Below are positions 52,061 to 64,000 of a stretch of 64,000 nt of DNA, in pieces (position 1 is the first letter of the stretch; each line of letters opens with the position of its first letter). This stretch comes from Perna viridis (Eukaryota), in assembly GCA_037379345.1 (NCBI GenBank), contig CM074511.1, positions 46,692,862-46,756,861 of the forward strand. Direction: 5' to 3'. A model generated the notes under the pieces. It had not been told where the DNA came from, made no database searches, and saw nothing but the letters and a program-made list of their open reading frames with translations. Position numbers and translations under genes: made by a program.

Positions 52061-55000
52061 AAAAAAAACATACCTTTAAGTGGAGTGAAAAAATGCACCC
52101 GTATGTCTTACTGAAGACGAAAGGGACTATTTTAATAAGTAAGAAGGGTTGTTGGTGTGTAATTGCTTATTTCCGTGATTATTTGATCGCAATTTGCGAG
52201 TGACATAACACTGAATTGCACTTTTCTGTCGCTTTGTGGTCACATGTGATTGTGCAATCTAATGGGAATTGTTTAATGTAATTTTTGGCATATTCACTGT
52301 CACCACAGATTTTTAACGTAAATCATAAGTTTTCTGTGTATATTTGTTAATTTTAACATTTAGCAGAGGATGCTTTCTTTGAAAAACAAGTATTGAAAAA
52401 AAATAAATGCTAATTTTTATCAGATTTTAATTACTGAATTTTCATCTTTCTCCAAAAGTTAAACAGAATGATACATTGGTATGCCAAGTCAATTACGGAT
52501 CTTAGTAATGTTCTGTAATTGCTCGCAATACTGACAATTTTTCGAATGAAAATCTAGAAACTACTTTCCCTTTACGACACTTGGAAAAAGATCCATTACT
52601 GATCTTAGCATGCCCCTTTTTGTTAAGCATTTAGTTAAAGACACCTTTTATTATTTTCATAATTTACCTATATTCCTATTAGAATACTAAATTTGGAAAA
52701 TTTCCTCGTCAACGAAAAGTAAAAATATACAACTGTCGACAGTAGAAATGAATATTGCACACAACTATTTAGTACCAGGAATACAACAAGTAATTAGAAA
52801 GATAAGTATGGAGTTGAGTTACATATCGTTTTTACCATCTAATGTTCATGTTTGTATATGTGATACAGCATGAGTTTCAACAACTTTAAAAGTAGCACTG
52901 TCGATTACGTGAAGATTTCAACTTCAAATCAGTGTACTTAAGAAACAAATCACGGAAACTCCATTTTATCATTGTTTTACCACGGGCTGGCCATTTATGT
53001 AGCATTGTTTTACCCCGAACGATAGCGAGTTTTGAAGCACGCCATATTAGGACGAGCAATAATCACTTCCAAATATTGTATAAATATTTGGAAATCATAT
53101 TTGATGTTCAAATGTTATCAACTTTACTATCATTTAAAACTGTAAACTCTAACAGGAAGCTATAATGAATTCTACAACTTAAAACATCCAAGTCGCAAAC
53201 GTATTCTGCCAAGCTCAAGGCTATAAAGTCACATGAATTCAACCAAAATGCAGGATAGAATGACATAAAAATGGTCAAACATATAAGGTTATAAAATCCC
53301 CAAAAATTGTCAGGATGTTTTAGATTTATATAGAATTTGTCAATCTATCATACTAGTATGGTTTGGAGGCAAAACAGAATTAAATTTAGAATAAAGCAAG
53401 GAAGTTTTATAATTTGTGAATACTATAGTAATTTGTAGACACCCTTTTGGACTTGTAAGGCTCGGTATCCTTCTTAAATTGTAACTTGACATTTTTGTTT
53501 CAATAATGCATTATCATGTGTTAGTGTAACACTTATCGCACGACTTCTCAGTTTTGCGTTTTCAACATTTCATTTGTCTTGTTTTGTTTTGTTTTCCTTT
53601 CTTCTACCGAGGCAAAAACATTAAATAACACCAAAATTGACAAGCAATGAAATAAAACAAGGAAAACAAATAAACAACTGAGAACAATGATTAAAACCAA
53701 CAGAAAAGACAATGTAATAATTTGATTACAAAATTTCATTTATTACAATTCACGCGCCTTTGATTGTCGATATACAAAAAGGGGATTTGTCACACATGCA
53801 CTTTGTTCACCTTAAGTCTTTTTTGCAATGACACGGAAGTTATAAAGTTCCATTATTAATATGGGCAGCTTCAAGAAATCTACCGTCTCAGTTCACGAAA
53901 TGTACATGTAAAACGACAAAAAAAGAAAAATATATGTAACAAATCGATCATGTTTGTCTCCTGAAGGTTTCTGAACATGGTTGGTACGTAGTTATATCCG
54001 AAAAAAGTGAAATCTATTTATTTTCGGGTAGAGCCATAATAAGAAATGAAGGAATTAAAAATTAAGGTGCAAAAGTTCTGTTTGTCACGAGATACAACCC
54101 GAAAGAATAATGAAGTGCGCTTCCTCGAAATCAGACCAAACAGACGATATTGGTTACGATCAACAAACATGTATACAAAATGTACACTAAGAAAAGTAAT
54201 GATACTGACAGAACATTTAAAATCGAAAAAAATAATTCGAACAAGAAAATATTTAATAAGAATAAACGAAAAAAAATAGTAATAATAATTAATAATGTAA
54301 AAAAAATAAAAATTAGAGAAACCAAAAACTTAATTTAATCGTAACAGCACGTAAACTACATCAAGTGAACTTTTATTTGATAAAACCGGGCAACTGTATA
54401 AATATATAACAACTGCATTCTTAAAAATTCGTCGCTACAATTTGTCATGAAATTTAACTAGTAAATAAACGACCTTTTTGATTTATTTTAGTGTCAAATG
54501 TTAATGTCCACTGAAAAAATGTCGGCCGCAGGTATAAAATGACAGAATCAAGTTAAATTAGTGAATATTTTTCTGCCCTTGTTTCAAGCTATATATTTAT
54601 TTATATGTTTTAACTTTATAAACCAAAAAACTTACTTTTGTTGGCAATCCATCAAAAACGGTAAAAACTGATGATCTCCTAACAATAGTAAATGGAAAGG
54701 GGAAAATAAAATGAAATAACTTAAAGGTCACAGAAAACAGTATCTATAGATCGCCTGGGCCAAAATAAAACAGACTCTCATATTTGCGCGTTTTGTTAGG
54801 ACATTTGCTCTCTTAAAAACACATGCATGCGCTTTGTAATAGGACAATGAATCTTCTAACGCACTGAAATCAATCTCTTCCACAGACCCATAACCGCTTC
54901 CGGATTCACTATGTATCACTCCGCTAGCTTATTGGCTCTGCTATATTAGACGAGAAAAACATCACTATTCATTACAAATCTGCAAAGCTGTTTCCGGGGT

Positions 55001-56852
55001 ACTATGTAGTAATTTTCATATAGGGATGGATTCAACACTAAGTGAAGCTTTGAAATAGCAAATATAATTAATTGCTTGAATGTTAAATACGCAGTATATC
55101 ATTTTAAAGTCCCATATCACGAAGTATCGCAATCAGTTTGATAAGGTCGAAACCCGTTTTTCCGGAAACCTTCAAATGTTTAGACAAAAAATATGAATAA
55201 AAATGATTTGAAAAAAAAAAGACAAATGAACGCGCTTAAATGAATTTTATTTACCCCATTGCTAATCTTTAAAGTTAAGATGATCCGTGTATATGTTCTC
55301 ATAAAGCCATTTGTGTATTCACATTAATGTAATATATGAAAATGCTAAAAAGTTTGTTCAAATAGCGTTAGGTCTTACGGTAATGCACACTGTATAAAGT
55401 ACATAACAGGTGAAAACAGCGCTATTTTTCTTGTATGTAGAAATTAGAAGTGCAGGTGGATGTTTGTGTTAAAAGAGCGAATGTTCCTTTAAAAAAGCGC
55501 AAACTATCTTAGCTGAGTCTGAAGTCGAAATGGAGACATTGTTAAGGTTCCTTAAAAGTGCAGTATGAAAATTTATTAGTTCAAGTATTCTTTATTCACA
55601 TCATGTTGTTTTGGTGATCATTTCCCCTAAACTACTTTAGAGCAAATTTTATTCTTAATTTTGCACAGTTTGGTATGGTTTTGTTATCGTATGGGTAACT
55701 GTATAACGTAAAACGAGAGGAAAATACATGCTTTTAAGAATATATGGTTGATGAATATATCAAACGTAAAATACTTTTGATTCTTCAAAATAATATTGAA
55801 AAGAAAATACAGAAAAATAAGTTTAAAAACAACAACCAATATCTGATATCCTTATTTTGAAGCATTATTAGTCCAGAAAGGTTTTTACATACTTAATGGT
55901 CAGGAAAGCATTAGCAAGACAGATGAATATTTTACATCAGGATGTCTACAAGACTTCCCTAGCATGTCACAGGAATTCTAAAGAATTCTTTACATAAAAA
56001 GTAATCAAAATGCAAAAACGCACATGGCATTCGTCAGCAAGATATTGCCTTCAACTAACTACCTGAGCGTTCACACATTATCATAATTACACTTTTTAAA
56101 ACTGTGGCAAGGAAACTAAACCCAAACGGCGGTTTCAAATTTAGTGTTTTTATGTTTTAAAAATCTATAATGCAGAGAGAACAAAGCGGAACAATAAACC
56201 TTATTAGAATGTAAATTACCAAGAAAATTGCTTCAGGATTCCTATAATAAAGATCGTCGACCATTTCCAGTACTCATGTAAATGAAAGCAAATTCTATTA
56301 CAAATTCTGTAATTATGCATATCATTTCGAATATTTCTTTGAAGTCGATTTCCAAACTTAAACCATATGCTTTAAATTGTCATTTAATATAATAGTGAAG
56401 TACGCAAATAAATGAAAAACAACAGTTTTCGACTTGGCAAGGTTTCTATTTGATTATAGTACCACAAAGATGGAATTTGAAATGTATTCAAATAATTATG
56501 CGATAAAGTGAGATACGACTCTTTGAACAAATTGTGACACTATAATTATGACTTTTCAAAAATACCATCTTCAAACTGGATTTTAACGACTTACGATAAA
56601 ACGGTGCAATGTCTTTGAAGCCACTACACAGAGTTCTGCGAATGCAAAGTACGTTATGTTATACAGACAAATCTGCTGTTGAAAAAAAATAGTTGCCACA
56701 TTTCGTCAAAATGTTTTGAACTTATCTTCGTGTTGCTACTTAAAGGGAGATAATCAGCATGCTGTGAAACATGACAACACGTGTCTATCTAATAATAATG
56801 ATCTTCATTGGCCTTCAGTGTAGTCTTAAACATGACACGCGAAATTAACCAA

Positions 56853-56986
56853 AATTCCCGTTATCTATGGGTTCATGGACTGTTATCTATGGGTTAACAG
56901 ACCGTAACTCGCTAACCCATAGGTAACGCTCGATTATCGATCACAGGTGATATTGTAACTGTCCGTGAACCCATAGATAACGGAAT
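56853..56986. mobile_element. Small fold-back element / MITE
   Basis: AATTCCCGTTATCTATGGGTTCATGGAC / GTCCGTGAACCCATAGATAACGGAATT inverted ends, with a second nested GTTATCTATGGGTTA / TAACCCATAGGTAAC pair. Confidence 0.75.
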
Positions 56987-58475
56987 TAGTCAAAGGAAAA
57001 ATAAACAAACAGAACATAAACTTAAAGTGAAAATAAAAGTGAAACCTATTCTGAAGATGAAAACGAACTTTGCTGTAGTAGTAATTTGACGCCTAACACA
57101 CTGATGAAAAGGTGATGATGATGTTTTGTTAACGACATTGAAACCTTTATCGGGTCTCGCAAGGGTCCGGGTGCGTTTCCTATCTCACTATCTCGGAGGT
57201 ACGCTGACCGAAAAATGGCATAAGATGACTGCTACGGTTGTAACTATTTACAGTTTTTTTGGAAATTATTGTACTGTTGTACAAATGTACATATTGCATT
57301 GAATAATAGGGCCGATTATGCCGAAGTCATTAATACATGTATACTAGTGATTAACATTATATTCTCAACACTAACTGTCTCGGATTTTTTTAATGTCGTT
57401 GACAACTCTTTCGGGTCTCGTACGGACAGAATCTCAACACCGACAATACGTTTTTCCAACTATAAACGAGTCAGCTTTCCCTCTGAGATCCTACTCCAGG
57501 AGGCGTTAGTAGATTTATGCAGTCTTTACCCGATTATTGTATTAAGCTAAGCAAAACAAGCGAATAACATCAGTGCCGTGTTAGGCCGATATCTCAAGAC
57601 ATGATTTCTTAACTTAATGAATTTGACAACGTAATTGTCTTCGACATGACTGTTTTCAGTTTCACTGACATTTTGTTGTATATAAAATACTTTCAGAAAA
57701 AACACAATTACAGGCCTAATTCATTGATTGAATTTATTTTCATTATATATTATTCATCTGAGAGAATTTCTGTCTGACCAAAATCGATGGAAACTAGAAA
57801 TTTTGACACATTCGTATTTTATCGCGTGGTTATAAAGAGATTTTGGGTTTACAAAAATCACCTGTAAATCGATCCGGTCCCATTAGGGGTTAATTATTTA
57901 AGAATTATGAAAAAGTACTAACTTGTACCGTAATATAATTAAATTTTAAAACCAATTTCAATCGTGCCGTACGGTATGGCGATTTAAAAGTTTTATCAAG
58001 AAGATTGAGAAATTTCTTCTTAGCACCAGATTGCATCTTGACTATTTATTGCGTTTAAATGATGTTTTTAAAAAGACGTTGATAATACCATATAAGTTCT
58101 TAATCCCTCAAGACATCGCTTGATTAATGGATGGAGAAATAATGCAAGTTAAAAGACATGCATTTGTTTGCATTGATCAATCAACTTATTTTATCGCTAG
58201 AAGTATCTTACAAAGCGTTAAGAAATTGGATTTTGTTAAAGGGAATCTAGTGGTTTTGTATTTTTGTGTTTGAAATGTAAAACGAGGAATTAGACTTAAA
58301 GATTTAACAAAGAATGTACTTGGCTTTAAACTTTATCTAAAAAGGGGCTTTGAAATTCTTAGAGTTAAGACAGTAAACTGTTTCAAGTATAAAACATATG
58401 AAGCACCGAGTGTTTACATAATGGTTCAATTGCTGGATGGCAACACCGTGTAGTAAGATCTAAACGATTCTAAAG

Positions 58476-58509
58476 AAGGTTACTCCAGAGAAGGTTACTC
58501 CAGAGAAGG
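58476..58509. repeat. 15-bp tandem duplication
   Basis: AAGGTTACTCCAGAG x2 plus AAGG. Confidence 0.85.
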
Positions 58510-60145
58510 CATATGCTACTATGATTATTCCACTCATTCATTCGCTCAAAAAAAAAGACCGTAATACCTCATCCTCATCACTCGGTCATCATTTTGATTC
58601 TATTTTTAGATATTCATTTTGCATCCTCTTGAATAAACTTCTGCAATTTTGCTGCTAAGTTTCTTTAATACGTGTCTTTCTACATGTCTTCCCAGCGCGA
58701 AAGTATTTCTTTTCGAGCATTTGTTCTGTTGTTATAGTATATAATCCCGACCTACACCTGAAATATAGTTTTCTTCCTTATTTTCCTGTTATTTGAGTAG
58801 CTGAATCCAAACATGCTGAGTTTTTTTCAGAAAGGAAAAATTGCTCACTGAAATTTCACCGCACTTTCATCTCTAAATTCGAAAATTTATAGTTCCCCTG
58901 ACAGATATCTTCTAAAATATAATATTTTGTGTGAAATGTACCTTGTGATTTTTTTAATTCGCTTTTAAAAAAAAACCTCTGGAATTTAAATGTTTGATTA
59001 AATTATTTTAACATTTTCAAGTTCAGTAACCTATACCACTTTCGATTATAATAAAAAAAAAGCAATAAGTGCCATAACTTACTCAGACCTGATAAGTGTA
59101 CTTAATAGGGAAAGAGTACTTCTGCCATGTATTTTATGACCTAATCGAATGGACAGATTTTATACCGAAATCACCATATTTGGTTTATTTGACAATTAAT
59201 AGAAAAATATGTCTCCGCCAGTGATAAAAATAATACGTCTGTAGTAAAATAAATTAATTTTGTTTTAAAAAAGTAACAAAAAATTCCTAAAATGAAAAAT
59301 CAAATTTGACGTGAAATCAATTTAGTTTAGACGGAGACTAGATGGGTTTTTATCAAATTTTAGCAAGTTTTTGTCTATATTGTTCATCAAATATTCATAC
59401 GCCATGTCTAACCGTCAAGTAGAACCTAATAAAGAGACTGGACAAAATAGAATTTATGGACAAGCTTCCTGACAATTACGCCGTTGTTTTAAGTTTTAAT
59501 ACACATAACTTTAACAAATTGCATTTTTATATCTTTTGTCTGGGAAAATCATAAAAGTAGTCGTTGAGTATAACGTGTAAATTGATGGTACAATTCCCTT
59601 CACCAGGCCGATTCTAAAACTTCCATTAAAATCAAACTATTTCTATATTTCTTTATCTGACAGGCACTTTAAAAGGTAAATTGTTGCGTGTTGATTGAAG
59701 TCAGGCCAGTATCTGCCAGATATATCATTCAAAGCGTAAAAAATGTTCTTTAGAACAATTATAACATTGTTTACCGAATGATCCTAAATACGGTAAGTGG
59801 CTATTTCATGAGAATTAGTCTGGACTGTGTAGAGATGAGCTGAAATAAAAACTTCTGCTCACTCCCCCAGTAACAATAAACCTTTCTATCAAATGGTTAC
59901 TGTTTAAGATTTTCATTTAAGACATGTTCATGTTTATGTCTTGGTTTAGTACTGACCAAATCTCTGTTTTAACACTGTCCTATATAACTTCTTCTTTGTA
60001 CCCAGCTTGTACTTTAAAGTGACCCAGGTAGACATCTATATTTTGCATGCAGCGGTCAGTTCCTCAATTGCGATCTGAGTCTTTACCTTGTAATCTTCAT
60101 CAGTGGTTATAAAAAAGCCTAAAACAAAACAAAAAAAAGCAAAAG

Positions 60146-60190
60146 AACACAACACACACACGCACACACACACACACACACACGACACAA
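60146..60190. repeat. (CA)n microsatellite in an A-rich tract
   Basis: Imperfect ACACAC run; the source of the THTHTH pseudo-ORF. Confidence 0.9.
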
Positions 60191-63100
60191 ACCCCTACAG
60201 AAACCAACAAAGAACAAAACCAAAAAAAAAATATAACACCACCAACAACAGCGTTATCTTAGTGCACAAAGCAACGAGTTTTTTTTTAACTATGTTGGAT
60301 GAATTAATGTTGTCTAATACTATAATGTCCCTTATCCTAGTTTTAGTTAAAATCATTCCAGTGGGAATTGGCAATGTTGTCGCCAGTGAAGTGTTAAAAG
60401 CCTCGAGGTACTCTAACTAGGATTGTTTTGCATGCCCTTCGGAATTAACTCTCAGAGAGATAAGCGCTATTAATCGTAAGCAAACCCAAACCTGCATTCC
60501 AACTTAATCAAGAATTTAAAATTCAAATGGAAAAGATAAGGCTTTATACAGAATATAAAAATCATCACAGATGCCATATTCTCATATCGGGCAATCTGTA
60601 CCGACTTAATACAGACGTTATTTAACAACTTAAATGGTTGTATATTGATTTAATTTACTAGCATTCTGATTTTCTTGACGACCTTAAATTATATTTCAGT
60701 TTTATTGCCGATTATCTTTATAATTATGTTTGGTCGCCAAGGGAACGGCTATGAGTAATGTCAATTTCACATGAAATTTTATAAACAAGAGTTGATGGCT
60801 ATTTTGAATATCTCATCCTTGGCTTTAGCGGTCGGAACATAGTTCCTTGAAGTGACCGATCGATTCTTTGGTTTTATAAAATTTCTATGGTCAATTTCAA
60901 GTCGATGAAGCCATCTATGCAACGTCTGAGAAAGCTTAATCTGATAGAAGTTGGTTTCAGCGCGTAAGGCTTAAAAGTCCAGAAAATTCAATTTACTAGA
61001 CGAGTAAAATACATACTGACACTGCTGTCACTGCCATAGTGGACAAGAAAAAGACAGGTTCTGATGATGCGAGATATTAATGTAACAATGTCTGAGACAG
61101 AGGAATGGTCACGACCGAAGGTATTGGTGTTGATAGATAAATATTTTTTCTGCAGGGCTGGCCATCTCTAACAATCCGGTTAGTTAGAGATTTAAATAAA
61201 TATCGTAAACTTACCAATTCTTACATGAGGAATTTACAGCTGTTGACAGTACCACCACAAAATATTCATTCATCTTAATGGTAAGAGAGGAGACATTACA
61301 CAATGGATACAGATTTAATTAAGACATTTTAATTTTTATATGATACACATCTACAATTTCTTCAAGACCTACAACTTGTTGGCAGCGAGAGAGAATCATA
61401 CTGATGCTTAGTTATATCCCATAACAGTTATATTCCTATCATCCAAAAGTTCACGGAGATCGTAAAGACATGTGAAAGAGCTGCCCTTAGTGGCTTGAAT
61501 GTTTTAGTCTACGGTGAAGTTATTAAGTTGCTTGTTGTGTAGTTTGCACTTTTTCAATTGTTTGTCGTGATATCGCAGCATTTGTCCGAATCGTTGTTTC
61601 GACTTCAATGATTTTCAAAGGTTTTTTTTGCTTCGTCCTTTCTTAAAGTTATCATAATTCTATCAACAAAATTTCTAACACAAAAATTTCAATCATAAGA
61701 CTAATGCAAAATTTGGTAGGCCATGCACGCGTTCCAAGGAATTATAATAAACTCTCATCAGCAGCAACAGAACCACATATTAAGGTAGTTCAAGATCCAA
61801 AAATAAAGTATACACTAGCATAATCCAACATTCTACCTATGTATGTCAAAGGATCTAAATGTGTGTCACATTTTTCTTTTACCATTATCCCTAATTCCAC
61901 TCTTTAGCGGTTTCTATTTTAGTTCTCTCTTAATCTGCTTTACTTGGTTTTTCTTTCTTTATTAATGTTACCCTTCGATACCTGCTTCTTATAGTCAGCG
62001 ATTTTCAGTCTAAACATGTTTTACATTTTTCATTCTTTATTAGGGTACCCTTTATTACCTTATTCGTATAGTCTATGATATGCTACAGACTAGTTTTTCA
62101 TTTATTGAACGGGTGTTCCTAGACAAGCAGGGGTATATATGCGAATTATTTTGGTTATTTTCACGTATCTATTTTCTTGGTATAATCGTTATCTCTGGGT
62201 TATGCCTTTTTCATTACCGTTTTATTCCAGGTTCTCTCGTTTTCCTTCCAACGATTTCCGTAAATTGTTCATTTCCCCTCAAATCCTTATGATTTAATTT
62301 ATACATTCATGAATAGTATCCCTCTCAACGAAGTTTTTGAGGAAATGGGTATACCTGAGTGCGGTAGACAGTTCACATATTTTACAGTAAACAAAACATC
62401 CTCTTCATCTCTGATTTTGCAAAATGTCTAGCCTTAAGTTTTATCAGCTAATCTCGTCTCTTTCTCTCACCAAAACGACGTTAAAACGTTAGTCGATGTG
62501 TCTTTAGTATCGTTGTATATTACAACCAGAAGACGGCTTTCGACATTTCTACTTCTTGCTTTAAAGAAACTATACTTTACTATAATTCTAGGTTCATTTT
62601 TTGATGGCTATAATATTGTTTTTGTATTATTTCACCAAGCTAGGCGTTGTCAACCTGCTGACAATTGTATAAATGTTGCTGTAAACATTACTTCTCAGAG
62701 CGATATACATTGTACACGATAGAAATGACTATGGAAGGGATTATTCTTGAAATGATTGAGAGTGAATCAAAGGTTATCATGACATTGTATAAATGGCTTT
62801 TTTTAAGACATTTTTTTTTCAAATACAGAAATATCTTCATCTACTTTATAAATCAACTAAACATGAATTCCAATTGAACTTTGTGATAAGGAAAAATGAA
62901 GGATGGAGCTCAAGTCAAAGAGGTCGAAATAATTGGAGAAATTTGAACAGTCTTAAATCTTCAAACGCTCTTATCTACCCTGAGAATCTAAAAACCGGAA
63001 CCAAATCAATACAAAAAAGTTGAGTTAAAACACAGTTTTTGATTGTATTGACCGTCCTATTTAAAGTAAATACAGTTTAAAATCGAAAATTAATAAAATC

Positions 63101-64000
63101 AGATTGAAGGTTTCTGCCTTGTTTCATCCGATGACTGAATATTTCAATCAATATAAACCTATAAAGAAGGTTTGTTCAAAGGAAATTAATTACGTCGTTA
63201 ATTTTTGAACGGAGTTTGAAGTTTATTTAGTCATGTATTTTGAACAAAACAAAGTAATTGAATATCAAAACTACTAAAAGACGGAACCAGAATATCTCAT
63301 AGATCTAAAACTTGTCAAATAAAAATTATTTGGCTGCTTATTTCAACCATTTCCCAAAGGAAACCTCTTAAACTAAAATTAATGAAAATTATGGACTTGA
63401 CGAACTATTGATAAAGTTTACAGTTATTGTATGAATTAAAAAGTTATTAAAATTGCTTGGATAGGACTCTCAGATTTATTTCCATAAGTGTTTTACGACT
63501 GAATTAGTCTCTATTGATTGTTTAAACGCCATACAAGATGTTACATTTTAATTTTGAAATTATACATCGAAAACAAATTGGAATAAACAGAGGCTTTAAA
63601 AGTTATGTGAAAAAACATTTATTATGGGTAAGGTTGCTACAGGAAAGATTTAATGCTTTATTACTGCTTACGTATCCTCGTATAGTAAGCAGTTAAGCGT
63701 CTTCATATGTTGAACTGGGGTTTCATTTTAATTGGACAACGTGAAAGTAGCTTAAAATATTGGAGTGTTGGAAGGCCCTGACAGCAGCGTGATTTCTGGT
63801 AGGAGGAAGACTTCCTTAACGGGGTGGTAAAATTATATTTAACGAGGTTCCTCGCCCTAATGGTTAACAACCTGTGGGATCAATACGGACCAAGTAACCC
63901 CGTATGAACTTCATGGGCTAAATGTGATTAAACAGTTTTAGAATCAACGATTCTTAATTTCGGTGACATATTCTCTACTCGTATTCCCTACAAACAACTT

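Noticed and set aside
290-61770. Hammerhead ribozyme cores (CTGATGA...GAAA), looked for because of Penelope-like remnants
   Set aside because: The CTGATGA/TCATCAG occurrences I inspected lack the flanking stems and a correctly placed GAAA.
63663-63693. 9-bp hairpin ACTGCTTAC/GTAAGCAGT
   Set aside because: Short and isolated; expected by chance in 64 kb.

Overview
AT-rich eukaryotic DNA. The repeat families (Helentron/HINE-like elements, TACTGT...ACAGTA MITEs, TTAA-flanked MITEs) and the mosaic CpG depletion suggest a bivalve mollusc, probably Mytilus-like; this is inference. The one solid protein-coding sequence is an intron-less 1251-aa ORF (37598-41353, +). It encodes 12 dispersed C2H2 zinc fingers, an N-terminal RRKQxxP NuRD-binding-type motif, two CtBP-type PxDLS/PLNLS motifs and an AT-hook-like RGRP. 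CpG content divides the window into a depleted block (1-~26.2 kb), a ~1.1-kb CpG-retaining island (~26.26-27.4 kb), a second depleted block (~27.4-44.4 kb) and a CpG-normal, repeat-rich intergenic block (>44.4 kb). The island holds a very compact candidate bidirectional promoter: two outward-facing YY1/TISU-like ATGGCG motifs around a ZNF143/STAT-like site, each followed by a splice donor. This predicts that the zinc-finger gene shares a promoter with an unidentified minus-strand gene running >26 kb off the left edge, with a candidate 20-nt micro-exon at 21401-21420. The rest is intron or intergenic sequence with MITEs, a HINE-like element, minisatellites and a decayed RTE-type LINE fragment. 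The other short ORFs in the track look spurious. No rRNA, tRNA or CRISPR was seen.
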